From Laetmonice hystrix (taxonomy: Eukaryota): a stretch of DNA of 64,000 nt. A program made the position numbers and the translations under genes. The DNA is taken from the NCBI GenBank assembly GCA_965235115.1, contig OZ249436.1, positions 47,556,001 to 47,620,000 on the forward strand, given 5' to 3'. Positions within the stretch are counted from its first letter, which is position 1, and the number at the start of each line of letters is the position of its first letter. The notes beneath the pieces were generated by a model. It was given only the letters and a program-made list of their open reading frames with translations, searched no databases and was not told the DNA's origin. Positions 38,701 through 49,803 of this stretch are shown piece after piece.

Positions 38701-41700
38701 AGTACCTCAATACAAAGTGAATTCTTTATTTCGTTCACTAACCTATTCTCTTCCTCTTTTGCACTTCTATCTAGTGCTTGTTCTGCTACGGCAACTGATA
38801 TGTATCTATTTTGGTTGGATTTGGCCCAAACCCTCTGGCCTAAAAAGAAATATGTATGGAAATTGTACATTGTAAATGGCTCATCCTGCTGTTTAATAAT
38901 GGTCTCTTCTGCCTTATTGATTATCGACAATCATTATGACCTACTGCCCAATTTGTGACAAATTAGTTAAAGCTAAAAGACCAATAGTGTGTCCGCGGTG
39001 TTTATGTGTATTTCATGTATCATGTATTGGGAAACACGAACGATTAGCTGCTAAGTCCTTAACTGACCCACATAATGCTTGGACATGCCCGGCATGTATT
39101 ACTTCTTTACTCCCATTCGCAGACATGCCCAATGATGACTTTGTAAACCTGTTGGCTGATAATTATCAGACATGTTTAGATTTTATCATAGATACGAGTG
39201 AACTCCCGACTCTTGATTATTGTGAGAATATTGATGATATGGGTGCTTTCAATTCTAATATTGATCCAGACCTTGCTTTCTCACACCATAGTGATGATAA
39301 GTGTGAATACTACACTTGTGAGTCTTTTGACCAATATTTGACAACCGCTCTTCCAAAAGATCAGCTTACTTTTAGTCTGCTTTGTCTTAACATACGCAGT
39401 GCAGCCAAAAATATTGAAAAACTGGACTTGCTTCTTCACGACTGTATTTACAAACCAACTATTATAGGTCTTACGGAGACCTGGCTGACTGAAAGTAACA
39501 TTGATCTCTATTCTCTAGACGGTTACAGTTCGATAAATAATATCCGTAAAGGAAAAAAGGGCGGTGGAGTCAGTCTGATGACCAAAGCTGGTATCATGTT
39601 CGAAAAAATTGATAGTCTCACATTGTCCAAAAAACATATAGAATGTCTATTCATCAAGTTAGATAAAACTAGCACCTCGTCATCACACGATGTAATTATT
39701 GGTAATATATACAGACCTCCAGGTGGCGACATATCATTATTCATTGATGAAATCAACATACTTCTAATGAGTCCCAAGGTCACCAGTACTAACCTTTATG
39801 TGATGGGCGACTTCAACATTAACTTGTTAAACAAAGACAAAGCACCATACGTTGCCGAATTCCTTAATATGCTATTTTCTCACTATATGATTCCTCTAAT
39901 AACTAGACCGACAAGACTAACAGATAGGTCATCCACACTAATAGACAACATCTTCACGAATTGTATCGGGATAAATCATTTGAATGCAGTGTTACTTGAA
40001 GATATCTCTGATCACTGCCCAATTATTAGCGTTAATTTAGAGATTGCAACCAAAAAAAAGGAAGAATACATCAGGCACAGGAAAATAAATAATGCTGCTG
40101 TTAATATGTTTGTAAACCGGATGAGGAATTATAACTGGGAAGATGTGCTTACCACTAATGATATGCAATCTGCATACCAGCTATTTCATGACAAACTTGT
40201 AAACAATTATGAAGAATGTTTCCCTGTTACCATGGAAAAAAAAGGTTATAAAAATAGACATCCCTGGATCACAGCTGCCCTGCGACTATCAATTAAAAAA
40301 AAGAACAAGATGTACGTCTCTCTAAAAAAGAATTACACGAGTGAAAAGAATGTTCAATACAAGTCCTACAAGACAGTACTAAATAAGACCTTAAACCACG
40401 CAAAGCGCAAGTTCTATGCTGAGTCCATACAGGCATCTCAGAAAAATCATAGGAAAACATGGCAGATTATAAACAGTGTAATTAATCAGAATACCCAGAA
40501 TGAATATCCGCCAAACTTTTTAGTAGAAAATGAAACCATCAGTAATTCTGCTAAAATATCTGATTTGTTCAACAAATACTTTACAAATATTGGCCCTTCC
40601 CTCTCCAGTAAAATACCATCCACAACTCTTTCACCGTTACACTATATGCCTACCCGAATCAAAAATACGATGTTCTTGCATCCAACTAATTACGATGAGG
40701 TCAAAAAACTTATTAATTCTCTAAAAGAATCCGGTGCTGGGTGGGATCTAATATCACCCCGAATAATTAAAGCTGCCTCTAATGAGCTACTTATCCCCTT
40801 GGTTTATCTAATTAATTTATCACTTCAATGTGGGGAAGTCCCAAACTTCCTTAAAAGAGCGAGAATCAAACCAATCTATAAAAATGAAAACAAGAAACTA
40901 CTAACTAACTACAGGCCAATTTCAATTCTCCCAACTATTTCTAAATTACTAGAGAAAATTCTATACATCCGTCTGATCAATTTTATAAATAGTAATGATA
41001 TCTTATATAACCAACAGTTCGGGTTCAGAGAATCCCATAACACATCGTTTGCTGTTGCAACTTTCCTCAAAGACTTGTCTAAATCATTTGAGACAAATGA
41101 TTTTGTCGTCGGTATTTTTCTAGATTTTTCAAAGGCATTTGACACGGTTAATTTTCCCATTCTCTTTCAAAAATTGGAGATATATGGGATCAGAGGTCTT
41201 GCACTTAAATGGATAAAAAGCTACTTGACTAACCGCGAACAACTAGTTGACTTTAAGGGGATATATTCCGATGTCCAAGATGTAGTGTCAGGGGTACCGC
41301 AAGGCTCTATTCTAGGGCCTGTACTCTTTTTATTATACATTAATGACCTGCCAAGAGTGTGTCCAAATTTAAACAGTATTCTATTTGCTGACGATTCTAG
41401 CTTTTCTTGCTCCGGGAAAGATCCAAATGAATTAATCACACGAGCTAATGCTGACCTGAATGAGATCTCTAAGTGGCTTTGCGCAAACAAACTCTCAATT
41501 AATATAAAAAAATCTAAGTACATCTTTTTTAATAGGAGGCCAGCAATGCACGAACTACAACAGAAAATAAAAATAAACAACATGGATCTGGAAGAAGTAA
41601 CTGAAACTAAATTCCTCGGTACCATTATAGATAACAGACTGACATGGCTCCCGCACCTTAAATACATAATAACAAAAGCTGCCAAGGGGGTGGGTATCCT

Positions 41701-42602
41701 GACCAAACTTAGGAAATATTTTGACTCCGATACACTAAAAATCATTTACTATTCATTTGTATACCCTTATCTAACAAATGGCATTATCTTTTGGGGCAAA
41801 ACACCTCTGACATACATAGATCCGTTAATCAAAATACAAAAGCGTGCTATTAGAATAGTCGCAGGGGCTAAGAAACTAGCTCACACGAATTCGCTTTTCA
41901 TCCAAAACTATTTGTTGAAAGTCCCTGACCTATATACCTATTCTCTTCTAGTTTTTATGCACAAGGTTATTAACGATAAGATGCCCTGCCATCTAACTGC
42001 ATGTTTCTGCAAAAATCGGCAGCTAAAAAATCGAGTTACTCGTCAGTCTGATGATTTTTTCGTCCCGTTTAAATATTCTTACGTAAGTGAAAGATCTGTG
42101 TTTGTACAAGGTCCGCTAATATTCAATATGCTTAGAAATGAACTTGATTTCAAATGTTCTTGTCACTGTCTAAAGAAACAGGTAAAGCACCTTATTATTA
42201 ATAAATACCGAACACTCGAAGATACCTAATGAAGGACATACGTCAGTTCTTACCTAGGCAGGCAGTTTTTTGGTTAGGTAATCCCGAAGGCAACAACCAT
42301 CCAGACTTCTCCGCAGCCATGACTATTCGCATATTAGTCCTACTTAACTTTTAAAAAACTTTAAACCTTAATTCACATACTCATACCGTACACTCATGCA
42401 ACAGGATACTTTGTCTCAACATTTGGTTCACTGTTTTACTTAAATTTTATGTTACACACATTGTGATATTTTTCTTGTGACTACCTATGTTTGTACGTAT
42501 ATAATGGAATCATAGGCTCTTTCCGAACCTCACTTCCATCCTGATATCAATTATTGCTGTACCTGTAAACATTTGGAAATAAATCACTACCACCACCACC
42601 AC
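38701..42602 (+). mobile_element. CR1/L2-group (Crack/Daphne-like) non-LTR retrotransposon, intact ORF2, no ORF1 visible
   Basis: AT-rich block sharply bounded by the 26-bp satellite on both sides. AACAT is duplicated at 38696-38700 and 42603-42607. The 3' UTR ends in AATAAA (~42578) followed by a (CAC)n tail, typical of the CR1/L2 group. Confidence 0.93.
38936..42229 (+). CDS. LINE ORF2 polyprotein: PHD finger + apurinic endonuclease + reverse transcriptase (1097 aa)
   Basis: PHD C4HC3 pattern (CPIC...CPRC...FHVSC...WTCPAC). APE motifs LNIRS, LTETWL, IYRPP, GDFN, IDNIF, SDH. RT motifs NYRPISILP, QFGFR, FLDFSKAFDTV, GVPQGSILGP, LFADD. No stops or frameshifts. Confidence 0.96.
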   Translation: MTYCPICDKLVKAKRPIVCPRCLCVFHVSCIGKHERLAAKSLTDPHNAWTCPACITSLLPFADMPNDDFVNLLADNYQTCLDFIIDTSELPTLDYCENIDDMGAFNSNIDPDLAFSHHSDDKCEYYTCESFDQYLTTALPKDQLTFSLLCLNIRSAAKNIEKLDLLLHDCIYKPTIIGLTETWLTESNIDLYSLDGYSSINNIRKGKKGGGVSLMTKAGIMFEKIDSLTLSKKHIECLFIKLDKTSTSSSHDVIIGNIYRPPGGDISLFIDEINILLMSPKVTSTNLYVMGDFNINLLNKDKAPYVAEFLNMLFSHYMIPLITRPTRLTDRSSTLIDNIFTNCIGINHLNAVLLEDISDHCPIISVNLEIATKKKEEYIRHRKINNAAVNMFVNRMRNYNWEDVLTTNDMQSAYQLFHDKLVNNYEECFPVTMEKKGYKNRHPWITAALRLSIKKKNKMYVSLKKNYTSEKNVQYKSYKTVLNKTLNHAKRKFYAESIQASQKNHRKTWQIINSVINQNTQNEYPPNFLVENETISNSAKISDLFNKYFTNIGPSLSSKIPSTTLSPLHYMPTRIKNTMFLHPTNYDEVKKLINSLKESGAGWDLISPRIIKAASNELLIPLVYLINLSLQCGEVPNFLKRARIKPIYKNENKKLLTNYRPISILPTISKLLEKILYIRLINFINSNDILYNQQFGFRESHNTSFAVATFLKDLSKSFETNDFVVGIFLDFSKAFDTVNFPILFQKLEIYGIRGLALKWIKSYLTNREQLVDFKGIYSDVQDVVSGVPQGSILGPVLFLLYINDLPRVCPNLNSILFADDSSFSCSGKDPNELITRANADLNEISKWLCANKLSINIKKSKYIFFNRRPAMHELQQKIKINNMDLEEVTETKFLGTIIDNRLTWLPHLKYIITKAAKGVGILTKLRKYFDSDTLKIIYYSFVYPYLTNGIIFWGKTPLTYIDPLIKIQKRAIRIVAGAKKLAHTNSLFIQNYLLKVPDLYTYSLLVFMHKVINDKMPCHLTACFCKNRQLKNRVTRQSDDFFVPFKYSYVSERSVFVQGPLIFNMLRNELDFKCSCHCLKKQVKHLIINKYRTLEDT

Positions 42603-44245
42603 AACATGGCACCAGGCCTGTCCGACCTAACATGGCGCCAGGTCTGTCCGACCTAACATGGCGCCTGGCCTGTCCGACCTAACATGGCGCCAGGCCTGTC
42701 CGACCTAACATGGCGCCTGGCCTGTCCGACCTAACATGGCGCCTGGCCTGTCCGACCTAACATGGCGCCAGGTCTGTCCGACCTAACATGGCGCCAGGCC
42801 TGTCCGACCTAACATGGCGCCAGGTCTGTCCGACCTAACATGGCGCCTGTCCTGTCCGATCTAACATGGCGCCAGGTCTGTCCGACCTAACATGGCGCCT
42901 GGCCTGTCCGACCTAACATGGCGCCAGGTCTGTCCGACCTAACATGGCGCCAGGTCTGTCCGACCTAACATGGCGCCTGGCCTGTCCGACCTAACATGGC
43001 GCCAGGTCTGTCCGACCTAACATGGCGCCAGGTCTGTCCGACCTAACATGGCGCCAGGTCTGTCCCTCCTAATATGGCGCCAGGTCTGTCCGACCTAACA
43101 TGGCACCAGGCCTGTCCGACCTAACATGGTGCCAGGTCTGTCCGACCTAACATGGCGCCAGGTCTGTCCCTCCTAACATGGCGCTAGGTCTGTCCGACCT
43201 AACATGGCGCCAGGTCTGTCCGACCTAACATGGCGCCAGGTCTGTCCGACCTAACATGGCGCCTGGCCTGTCCGACCTAACATGGCGCCAGGTCTATCCG
43301 ACCTAACATGGTGCCAGGTATGTCCGACCTAACATGGCGCCAGGTCTGTCCGACCTAACATGGCGCCTGGCCTGTCCGACCTAACATGGCGCCAGGTCTG
43401 TCCGACCTAACATGGCGCCAGGTCTGTCCCTCCTAATATGGCACCAGGTCTGTCCGACCTAACATGGCACCAGGCCTGTCCGACCTAACATGGTGCCAGG
43501 TCTGTCCGACCTAACATGGCGCCAGGTCTGTCCCTCCTAACATGGCGCTAGGTCTGTCCGACCTAACATGGCGCCAGGTCTGTCCGACCTAACATGGCGC
43601 CAGGTCTGTCCGACCTAACATGGCGCCTGGCCTGTCCGACCTAACATGGCGCCTGGCCTGTCCGACCTAACATGGCGCCAGGTCTGTCCGACCTAACATG
43701 GCGCCTGGCCTGTCCGACCTAACATGGCGCCTGGCCTGTCCGACCTAACATGGCGCCTGGCCTGTCCGACCTAACATGGCGCCAGGCCTGTCCGACCTAA
43801 CATGGCGCCAGGTCTGTCCGACCTAACATGGCGCCTGGCCTGTCCGACCTAACATGGCGCCAGGTCTGTCCGACCTAACATGGCGCCAGGTCTGTCCGAC
43901 CTAACATGGCGCCAGGTCTGTCCCTCCTAACATGGCGCTAGGTCTGTCCGACCTAACATGGCGCCAGGTCTGTCCGACCTAACATGGTGCCAGGCCTGTC
44001 CGACCTAACATGGCGCTAGGTCTGTCCGACCTAACATGGCGCCAGGTCTGTCCGACCTAACATGGCGCCAGGCCTGTCCGACCTAACATGGCGCCAGGTC
44101 TGTCCGACCTAACATGGCGCCAGGCCTGTCCGACCTAACATGGCATCAGGTCTGCCCGACCTAACATGGCGCCAGGTCTGTCCGACCTAACATCGCATTA
44201 GGTCTGCCCGACCTAACATGGCGCCAGGCCTGCCCAACATAACAT
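42603..44245. repeat. 26-bp minisatellite, right arm (~63 copies)
   Basis: Same unit resumes in register after the LINE tail. Confidence 0.97.
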
Positions 44246-44480
44246 GACATCGGATCACACCAAGTCGCACCCTATGACACCAGGCAGTCTCCAGGTTGGT
44301 GACGCCACATATATCATCACGTGACCGGGGTTGAGCGGACAAAGGTAATCTACGTGTGAGTTTGTATGGACTCATCAGTGTCATTAGTCAGTCAGCCACC
44401 TGCTAAATCTATACTGGGCTACAGAATAATAGCGCATCCATGCTCGGTACACGCATATAAATATAATAAAAATACATGAT

Positions 44481-44643
44481 GAATCCTTAGCATTGATCCG
44501 AACTTACAAGCTGGAGAATCCTTAGCACTGATCCGAACTTACAAGCTGGAGAATCCTTAGCATTGATCCGAACTTACAAACTGGAGAATCCTTAGCATTG
44601 ATCCGAACTTACAAGCCTGAGAATCCTTAGCATTGATCCGAAC
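44481..44643. repeat. Minisatellite, 35-bp unit, ~4.7 copies
   Basis: GAATCCTTAGCATTGATCCGAACTTACAAGCTGGA tandem. Confidence 0.95.
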
Positions 44644-44798
44644 GTATTCTAAAAACAGCACCTCCCAGCAATGATTTATTCAAGATGTCATGACGCTGTT
44701 TTAGTTTCCTTTCCCGGTAAGCTAGCGTTTCCTGGTAGCAAAGTCATTCAATTGCGCTTCACCGAATCAGCTAAAGATCAGATGTAACGTACAATGTT

Positions 44799-45460
44799 AT
44801 ATCCAGACCATAATCCACATCAAACATCACACCTTATCCAGACCATAATCCACATCAAACATCACACCATATCCAGACCATAATCCACAACAAACATCGC
44901 CCCTTATCCAGACCATAATCCACATCAAACATCGCCCCTTATCCAGACCATAATCCACATCAAACATCGCCCCTTATCCAGACCATAATCCACATCAAAC
45001 ATCACATCATATCCAGACCATAATCCACATCACACCATATCCAGACCATAATCCACATCCAACATCACACTATATCCAGACCATAATCCACATCAAACAT
45101 CACACCTTATCCAGACCATAATCCACATCAAACATCGCCCCTTATCCAGACCATAATCCACATCAAACATCACATCATATCCAGACCATAATCCACATCA
45201 CACCATATCCAGACCATAATCCACATCCAACATCACACTATATCCAGACCATAATCCACATCAAACATCACATCATATCCAGACCATAATCCACATCACA
45301 CCATATCCAGACCATAATCCACATCAAACATCACACTATATTCAGACCATAATCCACATCAAACATCACACTATATCCAGACCATAATCCACATCACACC
45401 ATATCCAGACCATAATCCACATCAAACATCACATCATATCCAGACCATAATCCACATCAC
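44799..45460. repeat. Minisatellite, 35/30-bp units, ~19 copies
   Basis: TATCCAGACCATAATCCACATCAAACATCAC.. tandem. Confidence 0.95.
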
Positions 45461-46639
45461 GCCTTCATTAAATAAAGAATAACACACCTCGCCACATTAA
45501 ATGGATAAAATATATTCCTCTTCCCTTATCTTTTTTCACCGTTTTTTTTATCCCTCACACTCTTTAACAGATCCGAGCGTTCATTCAAAAGATGAAACTA
45601 TAGACCTCCCATCCCTTTAAACAACCGTGCAGGAATATGGTAACTAGAAATCACTAGAAGTACCGGTCCCTGTAGAAGCAGCGAGTCCCCGTTACATCCA
45701 GACATAACAAAGTTATCCTCTCTAAACGGACAGTCAACCCAACACGGTTGGACTACATGTAGCGATCTGTGCCCCCGTCTGCCGTCAAATATGTGAACTG
45801 GAGGTATGTGAACTGGATTGATGGAACCTTGCATTGCGTGTACCGTTTACCTATGCCGTAAAGCCGTAATGCATGTATAGAATTTGTCGGATACTGCCGT
45901 GTAATTTTATAATATGACGCTGCGAAAATGAACCTTTTATGGGGTCTACCCTTATATTAATTCTTACTCTCACTCGACATGTTTCTAATAAAAAAAAGAT
46001 TAAAGAAATTAACGCATGTTGTTTTCGCTCTTTCACTCTTAGAAAGAAGAGCAGTCAATAATCTATGCTCTCGTAAAACCTTCAAAAAGTTGTACCTTTT
46101 ACGCGATCCGTGGACTCCACTGAGTGAAAGCAATCGGTCCAGTACCAGTGCTGGGCCCTTCCTGACAATACCAATTCATTATACTCTCGTCATTCTGTGA
46201 GCAGACTTTTATCTGCACGGCACAGACCCAGTCCAATTCTAGTACATAGCAAGTTCGTCGGAACTCGTCGGTTATATCATAAATCAGGGACGTTAGAGGC
46301 AGAGGAACGTGATCACAAATGATAATTCTCCTTCTTGAAAAAGTAGGAAACGGAGGACGGGGCAGCACCTCCGGCCTTTCAATCCCAGCGAGATATTTCT
46401 ACAGCCGTTCCCGGCACTGCCTATTGACAGCGAATATCACGTCAAACGTTCCAGATGAGGACACTTCTATTCTATGGGAGAGCTCGGCGGCGGCGGAGGA
46501 GGAGGAGGAGATTTTGTGTGTGCTAAACTGAGCGGACACATCAGTACGATTGTGTCGGAGACAGACTGTCCAGCTGAATCGTTCGGTCGACCCTCACACC
46601 GGAACCACGGCGAGCCTTCAGATCATTTGCTCCACCTCG

Positions 46640-46700
46640 CGCCGCTTTATGACGTCACAATGTCGAACTGCTGACGTCTGGTCACGTGGTACACGACAAA
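46640..46700 (-). promoter_or_regulatory. Putative promoter (CRE and E-box) of gene B
   Basis: TGACGTCA 46650-46657, TGACGTC ~46672, GTCACGTGG 46681 in CpG-rich DNA. A minus-strand AAG|GTACAA donor near 46095 could close a uORF-rich first exon. Confidence 0.35.
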
Positions 46701-47516
46701 CGCCGCTAATATCGTGAAAACGTCCGGTTTACAGGCACCATTAGAACGCAATGCCTGCCATATCCGGCCTCATCAAGCCCGAGGATCGAGTCAACAGCTG
46801 CCTGCCTCGAGCAACGTTCAGCCTACAACCACTGATATAGGAGAACTTAAAACCAGGATATAACCGGTTATAACCGGTTTTATGACGACGTCTTTGGGTA
46901 CTCTCACATTAAAAACTTCCGGCCAATCAATTAACTTACTTAAACCCCGGCAGAGAACTTCAACCTCTATAACAGATCTCGAGCGGAGCTCTACTATGGA
47001 ACATAAGAACAATATACGAACAATATCTCATAACAATTGCTGGCAGGTAAAAATATCGAAACAAATTGCGCAGTTGCGATTATCAGAAAGCTTCGTGCCG
47101 AGTAAAAATGTTTATAAAAAGCCAAATATCACTTCATATCCCAGTGTTTGACCTAAAAGTCATTTACGAGGCTTGAGGTTATATTGTCTTCTTATGATGT
47201 TGCTCTGTCATCTTTGACGATCCGGTTACTGTAAGCCTGTAACGTATGGTAACAAGTTGTATGATTATACTTGTCTACTACGTCAAGCTGACGACGGAGG
47301 AGGATTTCGGTTTTATCACGAACGTAAACTCCATACACGACCATGGGTTTCAACCGACCTAGCCGGAAGATAACGCCTAGGGCCCTGACGTGTCGTGCTG
47401 AGTTTAAGAAGGTTTTAAAACCTGTCATTTTAATCGAAGCTACAGTATAAGTATAATTCAAGGAAACTATTTATTTTTCCTATCTGTCGTCTCCTCATTG
47501 TCCCAACTGATTGGTC

Positions 47517-47659
47517 AGCTGATTTAACCGTTACCTCCGAGCTGATTTAACCGTTACCTCCGAGCTGATTTAACCGTTACCTCCGAGCTCATTTAACCGT
47601 TACCTCCGAGCTGATTTAACCGTTACCTCCGAGCTGATTTAACCGTTACCTCCGAGCTA
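47517..47659. repeat. Minisatellite, 22-bp unit, ~6 copies
   Basis: AGCTGATTTAACCGTTACCTCCG-type tandem. Confidence 0.95.
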
Positions 47660-47967
47660 TCTTTTACCCGGTCTCGGATATGTACCCAAGTCTTTGCATG
47701 TAATCTTTTGCTACACCTACAATATACATGTACTGTGTTAACTTTTTTTATATTTCATGCCATGCGCTACTGCTCACAAAATATGTAACCTTGAGCGCCT
47801 TGAATGAGTAGGGGTAATATACGAAATAAAGAGATATTTCAGCCTTGAAGGGTTAGGATAATACGTCAATGACATGATGGATAGACTCATCCCCAAACTC
47901 CACTCAATTGTAGGAAAACTCTCCGGGATAACATGGGCTAAAACCCTTAATAACATGTGAGAGCGTT

Positions 47968-48884
47968 CGCAAGGCCTAGTATCCAGTACATACAGATTGA
48001 GGAGGGGCGCAAGGCATCCAGTACATAACGACTGAGGAGGGGCGCAAGGCCTAGTATCCAGTACATAAAGACTGAGGAGAGGCGCAAGGCCTAGTATCCA
48101 GTATATAAAGACTGAGGAGGGGCGCAAGGCCTAGTATCCAGTACATACAGATTGAGGAGGGGCGCAAGGCCTAGTATCCAGTACAGACAGAGTGAGGAGG
48201 GGCGCAAGGCCTAGTATCCAGTACATACAGACTGAGGAGGGGCGCAAGGCACAGTCTCCAGTACATAAAGACTGAGGAGGGGCGCAAGGCCTAGTATCCA
48301 GTACATCAAGACTGGGGAGGGGCGCAAGGCCTAGTAATCGAGTACATCAAGACTGAGGAGGGGCGCAAGGCCTAGTATCCAGTACATACAGACTGAGGAG
48401 GGGCACAAGGCCTAGTATCCAGTACATAAAGACTGAGGAGAGGCGCAAGGCCTAGTATCCAGTACATACAGACTGAGGAGGGGCGCACGGCCTAGTATCC
48501 AGTACATAAAGACTGAGGAGGGGCACAAGGCCTAGTATCCAGTACATACAGACTGAGGAGGGGCGCAAGGCCTAGTATGCAGTACATACAGACTGAGGAG
48601 GGGCGCAAGGCACAGTCTCCAGTACATACAGACTGAAGAGGGGCGCACGGCCTAGTATCTAGTACATACAGACTGAGGAGGGGCGCAAGGCACAGTATCC
48701 AGTACATAAAGACTGAAGAGGGGCGCAAGGCCTAGTATCCAGTACATACAGAGTGAGGAGGGGCGCAAGGCCTAGTATCCAATACATACAGACTGAGGAG
48801 GGGCGCAAGGCCTAGTATACAGTACATAAAGACTGAGGAGGGGCGCAAGGCCTAGTATCCAGTATACATAAAGACTGAGGAGGG
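47968..48884. repeat. Minisatellite, 40-bp unit, ~23 copies
   Basis: GGCGCAAGGCCTAGTATCCAGTACATA(C/A)AGACTGAGGAGG tandem. Confidence 0.97.
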
Positions 48885-49478
48885 GGAAAAAAGAGAATCC
48901 GTTCAGGAAATCGCACAGAATTTAAAAAGATTAAATAAATATGTACCACAATGGACTACTGTAATCTGTTCGTTTTCGCTTTTGTTGTGCGACAGGAAAT
49001 GGTGATTCGTAGAGGCTTTGGGCCAATCGTGGCACATTTTTTAGATCTTTTTTTTTTTACAAAGCCGTACAAATGTTACCCACTCATTCTAAGCCAGCCA
49101 AGCCAAAGCAAGCCAAGCCACAAAGGTTGGGCAGGAACCGCCACCTGTAAAACATTGGCGCTTATCCGATGTTTGCATAGGTTTTTTTCCAAAGGGTTTC
49201 TGGTTTCAAAGCACAAGCAATGGACCTGGCAACGTTTGTTCTAACTTTCACAAAACCCATTCTAATTAACAAAGTAGTGGGTAGTGCAGGGTGCCTACAG
49301 CACACCACAGACGGCCTACATATCCCCCCCCCCCCCCGCCCCCCGTTACAAAATCCTGGACCAGTTACTGATATAAATATAAATTTATGTTTCCTGAATA
49401 CGGAATAAAATGTATACTCGGATTCCTTTTTCGTGTTATTACAAAGAGCGAGCCTCACCAATGACACCCCCACTGTTG

Positions 49479-49803
49479 GTTGTCCCAGGGCTGTACGGAC
49501 AGTTGTCCCAGGGCTGTACGGACAGTTGTCCCAGGGCTGTACGGACAGTTGTCCCAGGGCTGTACGGACAGTTGTCCCAGGGCTGTACGGACAGTTGTCC
49601 CAGGGCTGTACGGACAGTTGTCCCAGGGCTGTACGGACAGTTGTCCCAGGGCTGTAAGGACAGTTGTCCCAGGGCTGTACGGACAGTTGTCCCAGGGCTG
49701 TACGGACAGTTGTCCCAGGGCTGTACGGACAGTTGTCCCAGGGCTGTAAGGACAGTTGTCCCAGGGCTGTACGGACAGTTGTCCCAGGGCTGTACGGACA
49801 GTT
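49479..49803. repeat. Minisatellite, 23-bp unit, 14 copies
   Basis: GTTGTCCCAGGGCTGTACGGACA, near-perfect. Confidence 0.97.

Noticed and set aside
39523..41745. Antisense ORFs within the LINE
   Set aside because: Shadow frames of the RT ORF with no independent motifs.
44494..44506. GATCCGAACTT match to part of miR-100
   Set aside because: Seed region absent, no hairpin, and it lies in a tandem repeat.
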